Shown here one piece after another: positions 28,055 through 37,155 of a stretch of 39,773 nucleotides of DNA. The notes under the pieces were generated by a model. That model was not told the DNA's origin and searched no databases. It saw nothing but the letters and a program-made list of their open reading frames with translations. Source of the stretch: a virus (lineage: Duplodnaviria > Caudoviricetes). The stretch spans positions 1-39,773 of IMG/VR virus record IMGVR_UViG_3300031260_000014; one strand, given 5' to 3'. Numbering within the stretch: position 1 is the stretch's first letter; each line of letters begins with the position of its first letter. A program made the translations under genes and the position numbers.

Positions 28055-28267
28055 ATGTGTTATTCAGCAATGTGTTATTTTCAAAACTATTGGGGAGATT
28101 GTCAAATACATGACTTTAAAAATTTTGAAAAGGAATTTGGAGAAAAGGCTTGTTATGTAGGCGGAGTTGCTGATTGCGAAGAAGCAGAATTATATATAGA
28201 AGAAAATTATATGAGATTTAAAGAAATTCAGCGACAAGCAATAGAAAATAAATTTGTATTTATTTAA
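28055..28267 (+). CDS. hypothetical protein
   Basis: AAGGAG RBS. Confidence 0.7.
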   Translation: MCYSAMCYFQNYWGDCQIHDFKNFEKEFGEKACYVGGVADCEEAELYIEENYMRFKEIQRQAIENKFVFI

Positions 28268-28278
28268 AGGAGACTAAT

Positions 28279-28758
28279 ATGAAAAAACTACTACACAAAA
28301 TCAAAGTAGAAATTAAATCAATAATCTATGGTGTTAAAAACATTATAATTTGGATACCCATTATATATCAAGACAGACATTGGGACTATTCGTTCTTGTT
28401 TACAATTATGATTAAGAAACTAGAATTAATGGAAGAGTTCTATGCAGATGAATCTAATACGTGCTGTGCAGACGCAAGGGTATATGCAGAAGATATTCAT
28501 AATGCTGTAGCAGAACTAAAGTATATTGCAGATGGTAAATTTGACGAAGAAGCATATAAACCACTACATGACAAACATATGGAGAAATATGGGGAATATA
28601 CTCTTGAGAATGTTTTAGAGTCTGCAAATGCCCCTAAGCCAGAAGGTCATAGTGAATGGATTGAAGGTATGGTTAAAGAGTCCGACAGACTTTACAACGA
28701 ACACATGGATGAGTTCTGTAGAATATTTAAAGAAAAAGTTAGATATTGGTGGGATTGA
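28279..28758 (+). CDS. conserved phage hypothetical protein (W.PII..DR.WD...WWD)
   Basis: AAGGAG RBS; recognisable motif. Confidence 0.75.
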   Translation: MKKLLHKIKVEIKSIIYGVKNIIIWIPIIYQDRHWDYSFLFTIMIKKLELMEEFYADESNTCCADARVYAEDIHNAVAELKYIADGKFDEEAYKPLHDKHMEKYGEYTLENVLESANAPKPEGHSEWIEGMVKESDRLYNEHMDEFCRIFKEKVRYWWD

Positions 28759-28759
28759 C

Positions 28760-28788
28760 TTGACAAAAGTATAATTATGTGATATAAT
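28760..28788 (+). promoter_or_regulatory. sigma-A consensus promoter
   Basis: TTGACA-17-TATAAT with extended TG. Confidence 0.85.
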
Positions 28789-28830
28789 ATCACCAGTTAA
28801 TGCAATTTATGTGATTTAAGAGGTGAAAAT

Positions 28831-28977
28831 ATGGATGATTTATTAGAATTAGCAATCAGAGATGCAGTCATTGCAATCTTTGAAGAGGAGATTCCACTGA
28901 ACGACCCATTTGAGGCGGGTGATTTGGTTATGGAATGGATTAAAGAGTATATAGAGAGTTGGGACAGCGAAGAGTAG
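28831..28977 (+). CDS. small acidic protein (48 aa; not in ORF track)
   Basis: GAGGTG RBS, ATG 28831, TAG 28975-28977. Confidence 0.6.
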   Translation: MDDLLELAIRDAVIAIFEEEIPLNDPFEAGDLVMEWIKEYIESWDSEE

Positions 28978-28986
28978 GAGGATAAA

Positions 28987-31185
28987 TTGAGGGTAGAGAC
29001 TAGAATTATAAAAAAAGTATATGAAAAAGATGGGTTCTGTATATTTGGATGTGTGCCTACAAAGGAATATCCCGGATTAAAACTTCACCCTACATATCAG
29101 AACTTTACAATTACGGGCAATCTACCCTTTTTAAATGAGGGGGAGGTTTATACTCTTGACATAGAAGAGGCGGCTACTACAAAATACGGAACTCAATATA
29201 AAGTATTGTCTGTGCCAAAGCAGGACGCAATGGAGATTACAGATGATAATGAGTTTACATTATTACTACAGGTGACTTCAAGGCAAATTGCACATGATAT
29301 TAATAAGGTGTATCCTAATTTTATTAGATTAATATTAACGGGAAAAGATGATGAGATTGATTTGAAAAAAATCTATAACGTCAAAAGTGCAAGGTTTGAA
29401 TCTATTAAGCGGCAAATCAATGAGAAGCATAAATATTTTCAAATTTTAACTGAACTGCATGAATATGAAATATCTATGTCAGATTGTCAAACATTAGCAG
29501 AAACATATCAGAGCGTTGAGGGTGCGGTTGAAGCAGTTCGCAACAATCCTTATGAGGTGCTTATCGAACTATTAGGCAGAGGGTTTATGCGGGTTGATAA
29601 GTTGATACTATCCATCCACCCCGAACTGCGGCTAAGCGAACAGAGAGTAGAATTTATTATATTACACATTCTTGAAAAAAATGAATTAACGGGAAATAGC
29701 AAAATGGTCGCAAGGGATATGGCTGTTGAGAGCGTTAATATCGACAAAGAAGTATTAAAACTTTTAAAAGACGTTGCGATTAAAAGTGATAGGATTTACT
29801 ATGATGAGAAGTCTAACGACATGGCTCTGATGGCAACTTATCTTGCTGAGTGTCAGATTGCAGATTTTGTTAAGAGTAAAGTTAATCAGGATATGCCACT
29901 TGACTTAAACTGGCATGATTATAAGCAGATTGGAGATATTAAATTATCCGATGAACAAATGGGAACGTTGGAAAGATTCTGCAACCATAATTTAAGTATG
30001 TTAATTGGCGGAGCAGGTATGGGAAAGAGTCAGACAACAAAGGCACTAATTAATCTATTTGAAGACAATGACATATCATATGAATTGCTTTGTCCTACTG
30101 GGAAAGCGGCAAAAAGGCTCGCACAATATACTGAACGCCCGACATCGACAATCCACAGAAAATGTTATCAAACAGAAAAGCAAATTTGGGCAGATGCAAT
30201 TGTTGTTGATGAGTTTTCTATGGTGGATATATCTGTATTTAAAATGCTGATAGAGTCAATTCAAAATCCGAACTGTAGGGTTGTGTTAATTTTTGATGAT
30301 GCACAGTTGCCTGCAATATCAGCAGGAAACGTGGCGTTTGACCTTGTACATAGCAATCTCATACCAACTACTAAACTTACCAAAGTATTCCGATACGACG
30401 ATGATGGTAGTTTATTTGTCGCCACTAATATCAGAAAAGGTATAAAATATCTCAACTCAGACCCGTTTCAGAAGTTTGGAGACAATTTTACTTTTATGCA
30501 GTCGTCAGATTGCTTTCAAGACCTTATTTCAGCCTATATTGGCCTTATACAGCGAGGAATATCGCCTTCTGATATATTGTGTCTATCGCCATATAATGTC
30601 GGCTCTGAGGGGACGTATAACATTAATAATCATATCCAAACATTAATTAATCCGCCTTTACCAAACGAAAAGAGTATGACATATAAGCGTGGCAATACAG
30701 AGATTACATTCCGCAAAGGGAGTAGGGTATTAAATAAAAAAAATACTTACAATGCAATTACTCTTAAAGGTTGGGAGATGGAACGACAAGCCATTGAGGA
30801 AGATTTAGATTACGACCCTAACGAATTTAAAACCACTGTATTTAATGGGGACGATGGAATTGTCTTAGATGTAGACGATGAAAAGTTGGTGGTTGATTTT
30901 GATGGGGAACAGGTTGTATTTACTAAGGATAATATTAAAAATTTAGTCCTTTCATATTCTGTCTCAACCCACGCATCGCAGGGTTCTCAAGCACCATATG
31001 TTATCAATATTACTTCACCTACACATTCACGTATGTTGAGTAGGAATTTAATATATGTTGCTTGTACTCGTTCATCTGGCAAACATATTGAAATTGGTGA
31101 TATTAAAACTATCAACGACGCATTAAAAATTGCGGGTCAGTATGAACGTAATACTTTTTTAAAAAATATCTTGACAAACGATTAG
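28987..31185 (+). CDS. recD2: RecD2-like SF1B helicase
   Basis: KYGxQY, NPY, GGAGMGKS, PTGKAA, TIHR, DEFSM, QLP, NGD.G, STHASQGS, YVACTR; TTG start after AGGAGG. Confidence 0.88.
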   Translation: MRVETRIIKKVYEKDGFCIFGCVPTKEYPGLKLHPTYQNFTITGNLPFLNEGEVYTLDIEEAATTKYGTQYKVLSVPKQDAMEITDDNEFTLLLQVTSRQIAHDINKVYPNFIRLILTGKDDEIDLKKIYNVKSARFESIKRQINEKHKYFQILTELHEYEISMSDCQTLAETYQSVEGAVEAVRNNPYEVLIELLGRGFMRVDKLILSIHPELRLSEQRVEFIILHILEKNELTGNSKMVARDMAVESVNIDKEVLKLLKDVAIKSDRIYYDEKSNDMALMATYLAECQIADFVKSKVNQDMPLDLNWHDYKQIGDIKLSDEQMGTLERFCNHNLSMLIGGAGMGKSQTTKALINLFEDNDISYELLCPTGKAAKRLAQYTERPTSTIHRKCYQTEKQIWADAIVVDEFSMVDISVFKMLIESIQNPNCRVVLIFDDAQLPAISAGNVAFDLVHSNLIPTTKLTKVFRYDDDGSLFVATNIRKGIKYLNSDPFQKFGDNFTFMQSSDCFQDLISAYIGLIQRGISPSDILCLSPYNVGSEGTYNINNHIQTLINPPLPNEKSMTYKRGNTEITFRKGSRVLNKKNTYNAITLKGWEMERQAIEEDLDYDPNEFKTTVFNGDDGIVLDVDDEKLVVDFDGEQVVFTKDNIKNLVLSYSVSTHASQGSQAPYVINITSPTHSRMLSRNLIYVACTRSSGKHIEIGDIKTINDALKIAGQYERNTFLKNILTND

Positions 31186-31199
31186 AGTTGTGGTATAAT
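31171..31199 (+). promoter_or_regulatory. sigma-A consensus promoter
   Basis: TTGACA-17-TATAAT with extended TG; -35 lies within the recD2 3' end. Confidence 0.85.
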
Positions 31200-31223
31200 G
31201 TGATTATAAAGGAGGATTAGAAT

Positions 31224-31451
31224 ATGGTTAATGTAGACGATAAACTAGGTGTAAAATTAAATTTATCAAGAGATGAGAATGAAATCTTATTTAAAGCAAG
31301 AGATATTTTAAATAAAATTTCTAGTGATTTATGGGATGCTTCATGGGAACAGGGTTCAGAGCAGGCACTTGATGTTTGTTATAAAACATCAAAAACAGCA
31401 CAAGCCATTGATAAAATTGTTAGAGAAAAATGGGAGCCAAATTATGATTAA
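31224..31451 (+). CDS. hypothetical protein
   Basis: AAGGAGG RBS. Confidence 0.7.
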   Translation: MVNVDDKLGVKLNLSRDENEILFKARDILNKISSDLWDASWEQGSEQALDVCYKTSKTAQAIDKIVREKWEPNYD

Positions 31452-31635
31452 TATTTATCACAACACAACTAAAATTGGTGAGGCAATAGACCAAGATTCG
31501 GCATTTAAAGTTATGAACGCATATCTTGACCAAATTAAATTCAAATCTTATTATATGCGGTCATGGACAGAATGTGGTGTTACTACAATTGATTATGGGA
31601 GTTATATTAATTTTTTCTATCTAAAGGAGGACTAG
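31444..31635 (+). CDS. conserved phage hypothetical protein (FKSYY.R.W...DYGS)
   Basis: ORF 31324..31635; ATG 31444 after GGGAG. Confidence 0.7.
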   Translation: MINIYHNTTKIGEAIDQDSAFKVMNAYLDQIKFKSYYMRSWTECGVTTIDYGSYINFFYLKED

Positions 31636-32226
31636 ATGCAAAAGCAAGTTATTATCTTGAACGGCATGGCAAGAAGTGGAAAACAGGAGGTTTATAATAT
31701 ATTAAACTCGAAGATTCCATGTGAACAGTATTCTATTGTAGACCCCGTGAGAGATTTTCTTAAACGTGTTGGAGTTCCAGACAATGCAAAATCTGAAGAG
31801 TGGCGTAAACTTATGTCAGACATTAAACTGCTCCTTGAAGCATATGGCGACATCCCATATCAGTGCTGTAGAGAGAAAATTTTAGACTTCTTGAGATGTT
31901 CTCCTGCAAAGTTCTTATGTATTGATATGAGAGAAGAGCAGGACATTTCACGTGCAAGAGAAGAGTTTGGGGCAATTATAGTTTTGGTTAGACGCAATGG
32001 TGTCAAGACTATCGACTCAAATCCTGCTGATGCTAATGTATATAATATTAAATATGATTATACAATTCTCAACAATGAAGGATTTAATAAACTTACTAAA
32101 GAGGTCGATTGTTTTATTGAATGGATTGCAGATTATAAATGTTCAGGAGTTGTTAATTCGTATTGCTTGAAGTTAGACTGCAAACATTGTATGGATGATG
32201 ATGGCGGTTTATATTGTAGGAGATAA
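31636..32226 (+). CDS. deoxynucleoside monophosphate kinase-like P-loop protein
   Basis: ILNGMARSGK, R.L...K, DMRE, YDY.I.N; located before RNR genes. Confidence 0.65.
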   Translation: MQKQVIILNGMARSGKQEVYNILNSKIPCEQYSIVDPVRDFLKRVGVPDNAKSEEWRKLMSDIKLLLEAYGDIPYQCCREKILDFLRCSPAKFLCIDMREEQDISRAREEFGAIIVLVRRNGVKTIDSNPADANVYNIKYDYTILNNEGFNKLTKEVDCFIEWIADYKCSGVVNSYCLKLDCKHCMDDDGGLYCRR

Positions 32227-32230
32227 ACAT

Positions 32231-32422
32231 ATGGAACATATAGAACATCCCGATATTGCAAAAATCATATCTACTGGATACGTTAAAGAGCCTAAGCCAA
32301 AATATAAATGCCCTCATTGTGAGGAATATCTATATGGTGGTGACGAATGGTATCCACAGCTAGGAGTTTGCGGATATTGTGTTGATATATTTAAAGAGTT
32401 TATAGACGAAGAGGAGGACTAG
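32231..32422 (+). CDS. small Zn-finger protein
   Basis: CPHC...CGYC; ATG 32231 after AGGAG. Confidence 0.65.
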   Translation: MEHIEHPDIAKIISTGYVKEPKPKYKCPHCEEYLYGGDEWYPQLGVCGYCVDIFKEFIDEEED

Positions 32423-32423
32423 T

Positions 32424-32633
32424 ATGGTTACACTTTATACAAACTATTGCCCAAAATGTAATATGTTAAAAAAGTTAATGGATGATAAGGGGGTGGAGTA
32501 TAATATTATAGATGATGAAAGTGTTTTTATGCCGATTGCAGATAAAAACAACATTTTATCAATGCCATTTGCTGAGGTAGATGGCAATATTTTAAACACA
32601 AAAGAATTGCAAAAACACATAATGGAGGACTAA
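32424..32633 (+). CDS. glutaredoxin / NrdH-like redoxin
   Basis: VTLYT..CPKC..LK, MP...VDG; adjacent to nrdD. Confidence 0.8.
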   Translation: MVTLYTNYCPKCNMLKKLMDDKGVEYNIIDDESVFMPIADKNNILSMPFAEVDGNILNTKELQKHIMED

Positions 32634-32634
32634 T

Positions 32635-34536
32635 ATGTATTTTAAAACTACCTATGACCAAGAATTTGACGACTTGTATATGCACTTAAAAGCCAAATAC
32701 CCTCAGAAATTATTTGACCTTGATGGCATTGGAAAACAATTAGATATGTCTGCTTTTAGTAAAAATTTCTTTTCGGCTTCGGTCACAGCAGATGCAAGTA
32801 TAGACGCTAACGCAAATGTTGATGATGTTAGCGTTATTGCATATAATACGGAATTGCCTAAGCCGTTTTTTAAACTTAATAGTTACTTTATACTATGGAA
32901 GGAATTAAAACGGCTCTACGGGCTTGAAATAGCCAACGAAATTGTTGAAATGCAGTTAACTGGTGATATTTATATCCATGATTTTCATGGTATTGGTGCA
33001 GGTATGCCATACTGCTTTAACTACTCAACATATGATATTTTAACTAAAGGATTGCCTATGGTTAAAAAAGTTAAATCACTGCCGCCTAAGCACCTGTATT
33101 CATTCAAATCTCAGCTTGAACAGTTTACAATTGTTGCAAGCAACAGTACGCTTGGAGCAACTGGACTTGCAGATATGCTTGTTGTTATGAGTTATTTTGT
33201 AAAAAATATTCTTAAAACAAAGTCCGATGCAGGGTTTTCTTTTGAAACAGAGGATGATTGTTGGAAGTATGTATATGAGAATTTAGTATCTTTTATTTAT
33301 ACTATCAATCAGCCTATGAGAGCAAACCAGTCGCCTTTTACTAATATCTCTATTTATGACGATTATTTCTTAGAAAAATTAGAAGATGATTATATTTTTC
33401 CAGATGGCTCATCGCCAGATATGGATATTGTGCGTAGGTTGCAAGATATTTATTTAACCATTATGAATGAAGAATTAAAAAGAACCCCTCTAACATTCCC
33501 TGTTACGACTGCTTGTTTCTCAATTGATGCCGATAACAATATTAAAGACGAGAGGTTTTTGAAGTTTATTGCAGAACACAATAAAGAATACGGATTTATC
33601 AATATCTATTGTGGAGATAGTGCAACGTTAAGTTCTTGTTGTAGACTAAGGTCTGAACAGAAGTCAGAATATTTTAATTCGTTTGGTGCGGGTTCAAGCA
33701 AAATTGGTAGCTTAGGAGTTTGTTCTATTAACTTTCCAAGACTTGCAATTAAACATCCAAACAAAGACGAATTTATTAAGAGCCTAACCAAAATGGTTGA
33801 AGTATGTGCTAAGGTTAACAACGCAAAGAGAAAAGTAGTAGATAAACGTATCAAAAACGGGAATGAACCTCTTTACACTCTTGGCTTTATGGAATTATCT
33901 AAACAATACTCTACTGTTGGCGTTAATGGTTTTAATGAATGTATTGAAATTCTTGGCGAAGATATTTTGACTGAAAGCGGACAGGAATTAGCGGTAGAAA
34001 TTTTAGACACTATTAATTCTATTAACGCAAAGATGCAAAAACATTATGATACACCTCATAATTGTGAACAAGTCCCCGCAAAAAATATGTCTATTAAAAT
34101 GGCAGACAAAGACAAATTACTTAAATATCAGGACAAATATGATATTTATAGTAATCAATTTATTCCACTTGTTACAAACGCAGACATGTTGGATAGGATT
34201 AAATTACAGGGTATGTTTGATAAACATTTTACAGGCGGTGCAATTTGTCATCTTAACGTAGATGCTAAGATTGAAAATATCGAAGATATTATGGATTTAA
34301 TTCGTGTCACTGCAAAAGCAGGAGTTGTATATCATGCCATTAACTACGTATTAGAAGAGTGTGAAAATGGACATATGTCTGTTGGAAACTCAGATACCTG
34401 TAAAGTGTGTGGAGGAACTATTACCAATAAATACACCCGTGTCGTTGGTTTTCTTACTAATGTTAAAAATTGGCACGAGGTTAGACGTTCTCAAGATTTT
34501 CCTAATAGACAGTTTTATAATGGAGTAGAAGTATAA
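32635..34536 (+). CDS. nrdD: anaerobic class III ribonucleotide reductase (no ATP cone)
   Basis: IDANAN, IYIHD, PYC, QSPFTN, TFPV, SSCCRL, GGAI.H, CxxxH...CxxC, RVVGFL glycyl-radical motif. Confidence 0.92.
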   Translation: MYFKTTYDQEFDDLYMHLKAKYPQKLFDLDGIGKQLDMSAFSKNFFSASVTADASIDANANVDDVSVIAYNTELPKPFFKLNSYFILWKELKRLYGLEIANEIVEMQLTGDIYIHDFHGIGAGMPYCFNYSTYDILTKGLPMVKKVKSLPPKHLYSFKSQLEQFTIVASNSTLGATGLADMLVVMSYFVKNILKTKSDAGFSFETEDDCWKYVYENLVSFIYTINQPMRANQSPFTNISIYDDYFLEKLEDDYIFPDGSSPDMDIVRRLQDIYLTIMNEELKRTPLTFPVTTACFSIDADNNIKDERFLKFIAEHNKEYGFINIYCGDSATLSSCCRLRSEQKSEYFNSFGAGSSKIGSLGVCSINFPRLAIKHPNKDEFIKSLTKMVEVCAKVNNAKRKVVDKRIKNGNEPLYTLGFMELSKQYSTVGVNGFNECIEILGEDILTESGQELAVEILDTINSINAKMQKHYDTPHNCEQVPAKNMSIKMADKDKLLKYQDKYDIYSNQFIPLVTNADMLDRIKLQGMFDKHFTGGAICHLNVDAKIENIEDIMDLIRVTAKAGVVYHAINYVLEECENGHMSVGNSDTCKVCGGTITNKYTRVVGFLTNVKNWHEVRRSQDFPNRQFYNGVEV

Positions 34537-35006
34537 TGAATATACTTGCAACGCAATACACCTTATCATTAAAATCACTCGATATATATATATCAGGCTG
34601 TAGCGGCAGTCCTCATTGTGAGGGTTGTCACAATCCTGAGTCTTGGAATTTCAATCTCGGACAAGAATACAATAGTGAATATTTTGAAAAATATATTTAT
34701 GATAAGTGTATTGAATTTAATTATATTATTAAAAACATTATGATATTCGGCGGGGAGCCATTAGACAATAGCCACGAAGATTTAAAAGTTATGTTGTCTG
34801 ATATTAAGACTAATTTACCAAACATTCCACTGTGGTTGTTTACACGATATGATATAAATGATGTTCCTAATTTTATAAAAGAATATTGTGACTATATTAA
34901 ATGTGGCAGATATTTACCCGAACAAAAAACCGAAGATAATATACAATATAATATTAAACTCGCAACATCAAATCAGAAGATATATAAAAAAGGAAAGGAG
35001 TATTAA
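34536..35006 (+). CDS. nrdG: class III RNR activating enzyme (radical SAM)
   Basis: SGC...HCEGCHNPESW, GGEPL, GRY, TSNQ. Confidence 0.88.
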   Translation: MNILATQYTLSLKSLDIYISGCSGSPHCEGCHNPESWNFNLGQEYNSEYFEKYIYDKCIEFNYIIKNIMIFGGEPLDNSHEDLKVMLSDIKTNLPNIPLWLFTRYDINDVPNFIKEYCDYIKCGRYLPEQKTEDNIQYNIKLATSNQKIYKKGKEY

Positions 35007-35494
35007 TGGATATTATCAAATTTGCTAAACTAACTAAGGATGCAAAAATCCCCACAAAGAGAGAAGGTGATGGGTGCTACGATTTATACGCATCATTTAA
35101 AGAAACTGAGATTATGATTGAGCCGCATAAAACGGCTCTCATTCCTACAGGCGTATGCTCTACATTCCCACCTAATTATAGAATCGCTTTAAGAGAGCGT
35201 GGTAGCAATACTAAATGGGGAGCAATTGTTATGGCAGGTCAGATTGACTCCAACTATACAGGAGAGTATTTTGTCGCTATTCATAACTCAAATGATATTC
35301 CCATTGAGATTACAAAGATTGTAGATGATGTTACAATTACTGAAGATTTTATTCAGTTCCCATATAGCAAGGCGATTTGTCAATTTGCGGTTGAGTATGT
35401 TCCGCAGGTTATTATTCAAGAGACAACCGCAGAGTATATTAAAAGTCTCAATACTGAGAGAGGAGATGGAAAACTTGGGAGTTCTAAAAAATAG
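35006..35494 (+). CDS. dut: trimeric dUTPase
   Basis: YDLYA, IPTG, RGS, GQIDSNYTGE, ICQ, RGDGKLGSS. Confidence 0.88.
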   Translation: MDIIKFAKLTKDAKIPTKREGDGCYDLYASFKETEIMIEPHKTALIPTGVCSTFPPNYRIALRERGSNTKWGAIVMAGQIDSNYTGEYFVAIHNSNDIPIEITKIVDDVTITEDFIQFPYSKAICQFAVEYVPQVIIQETTAEYIKSLNTERGDGKLGSSKK

Positions 35495-35750
35495 AGATGT
35501 GTTATTAGTAATAATTCTAATCGTAATGGTTTTTATTTCTGGAATGTTATTCCTTGAAAATCAAGAACAAGATGACAGAATTAAAAAACTAGAGACACGA
35601 ATTGAAAATCAGGCAGAAGATATTGAACTGCTGACTAACAAGGTCAAAGTTCTTGAGGCAGATTCAGAATATTGTCAAAGTATGATTTATGACATTGTAG
35701 ATATTCTTGACGACCAAACATCACTGTTAAATTATTATATGTTCTACTAA
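35466..35750 (+). CDS. membrane-anchored coiled-coil protein
   Basis: ORF 35325..35750; plausible start 35466 or 35475; TM segment then heptad repeats. Confidence 0.6.
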   Translation: MENLGVLKNRDVLLVIILIVMVFISGMLFLENQEQDDRIKKLETRIENQAEDIELLTNKVKVLEADSEYCQSMIYDIVDILDDQTSLLNYYMFY

Positions 35751-35761
35751 AATAAAAAAAA

Positions 35762-35793
35762 TAGGGTATGTAGCGATTAAACTACATACCCTA
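35762..35793. terminator. terminator between convergent transcription units (probably bidirectional)
   Basis: perfect 12-bp stem TAGGGTATGTAG-cgattaaa-CTACATACCCTA; A-run on the left gives a U-tail on the - strand. Confidence 0.85.
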
Positions 35794-35798
35794 AAATT

Positions 35799-36182
35799 TT
35801 ATTCAATTGGTTTAATTGATTCAATAATATTATTTAATGTCTTATATGTTTCTTTTGCATATGGTATAATTCCTTTTACGGCGAACAGAGTTGCAACCGC
35901 TAAAAAGTCAAATGTATTTACAATATCATCCTCAATTATAATCATGCCATAATGCTCAAATACAATTGGTGCGGTTGTCAACAATACACTAAACAGAGCC
36001 ACACCAATACATAAGACTAATAATTTATAAATTCCATCAATGAGCCGTTTTGGGTCAAAGATTTCACCAAGAATCTTAATATTAAACCATAGACTTAATA
36101 CCATATTAGATAGCCATGCCAATGCGAACAATGCCATGAACTGACTAATAAGTACAAGATTGCTTAATATAAGTTCTGTCAT
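35799..36182 (-). CDS. putative holin (three hydrophobic segments)
   Basis: multi-TM protein at the end of the lysis cassette; AGGAG RBS. Confidence 0.6.
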   Translation of the reverse strand: MTELILSNLVLISQFMALFALAWLSNMVLSLWFNIKILGEIFDPKRLIDGIYKLLVLCIGVALFSVLLTTAPIVFEHYGMIIIEDDIVNTFDFLAVATLFAVKGIIPYAKETYKTLNNIIESIKPIE

Positions 36183-36192
36183 ATTGTTTCTC

Positions 36193-36393
36193 CTACAGAT
36201 TCATCAGAGATTTAACGTACCATTCGTCTACCTGTACTTTTTCAAGCATAGCTTCAACGTCTGTTACTTTTTCACCATCAAGATACCAGTATCCATTCTT
36301 GCCAGTAAGTTCTTTGCCGTCAATCATAGCAACGCCTCCGTTGATAACTGCCTGAAAACGTGCTTCTCTTTTTGCTTCTTCATAAGTTCTCAT
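36193..36393 (-). CDS. hypothetical protein
   Basis: AAGGAG RBS; between endolysin and holin. Confidence 0.7.
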   Translation of the reverse strand: MRTYEEAKREARFQAVINGGVAMIDGKELTGKNGYWYLDGEKVTDVEAMLEKVQVDEWYVKSLMNL

Positions 36394-36397
36394 AATT

Positions 36398-37132
36398 TTA
36401 TTCTCCTTTTTTAACCTTAACTATCATAGCAGTAAATCCTGCCTTGATTAACTTATCTTTCATAGCAATTGCATTTTCTTCTTTTGCAAACGCACCAACC
36501 TGAACTTTATATAAATATTCTCCTGTCGGATTTGGTTCTACAGGATTCGGTTCTGGTTTGGGTTCTTCAATCCACTTAATGCCAAAATATTCTAATATAC
36601 CTTTAGTATCTGCAATTGCACACATTTCTCTATACTCATTAGATTTAAGTTTTGATAATTCGCTTATATTAGTATAGAATCCATGCTCAACTAATACTGC
36701 GGGAGGATTAGTTCTTCCAACTACTGCAAATTCAGAACCATCTTTAATTCCTCTATCTTTTAATCCAAGATAAGGAATAGAATTTTTCTGAATTGCTTGT
36801 GCAAGTTTTAAACTTTCTCCTTGCATTTTATAGCAGAAAATTTCCCAACCATTAGCATCATTCCAATTAGAACCAAAAGCGTTAGCGTGGACTGACACTA
36901 CAATATCCGCACCAGATTTATTAATAAAATCTACACGTGCGTCAAGTTCTTCTTTTAAAACTTTATTACGCACCTGCAACACTTCTGAATCAACTCCGTG
37001 TCGTGCTAAATGTTTTTTAATACGATTACTTACATCGTAGTTAAATTCATATTCAAAAAAACTATTGTCAAATGAGCGTTTACCACTACTTAAATCACTA
37101 TGTCCAGAGTCGATTAATACTTTTTTCTTCAC
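36398..37132 (-). CDS. endolysin: N-acetylmuramoyl-L-alanine amidase (Amidase_3) plus SPOR domain
   Basis: IDSGH, E..FN, SVHANA, GWE, PAVLVEHGF; Pro-rich linker; YKVQVGAF...NA...L..AGF. Confidence 0.92.
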   Translation of the reverse strand: MKKKVLIDSGHSDLSSGKRSFDNSFFEYEFNYDVSNRIKKHLARHGVDSEVLQVRNKVLKEELDARVDFINKSGADIVVSVHANAFGSNWNDANGWEIFCYKMQGESLKLAQAIQKNSIPYLGLKDRGIKDGSEFAVVGRTNPPAVLVEHGFYTNISELSKLKSNEYREMCAIADTKGILEYFGIKWIEEPKPEPNPVEPNPTGEYLYKVQVGAFAKEENAIAMKDKLIKAGFTAMIVKVKKGE

Positions 37133-37155
37133 AGCATCACTCCCTTCCTGCGATT

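Noticed and set aside
25331-28281. Repeated AAGGAGGAATAGATATG (before 25347, 25551) and TAAAGGAGACTAATATG (before 28055, 28279) as recombination sites
   Set aside because: Mostly RBS plus spacer plus ATG; may reflect local gene insertion, but too short and constrained to call a system.
22015-34536. Inteins or group I introns in dnaE, recD2 or nrdD
   Set aside because: ORFs are continuous and of normal length, with no intein splice motifs or homing endonuclease recognised.
2483-34578. Many minus-strand and alternate-frame ORFs in the track (e.g. 4403..4729, 4844..5200, 12639..13193, 13541..13924, 23977..24294)
   Set aside because: They overlap well-supported + strand genes, lack an RBS and have no recognisable motifs; treated as shadow ORFs.
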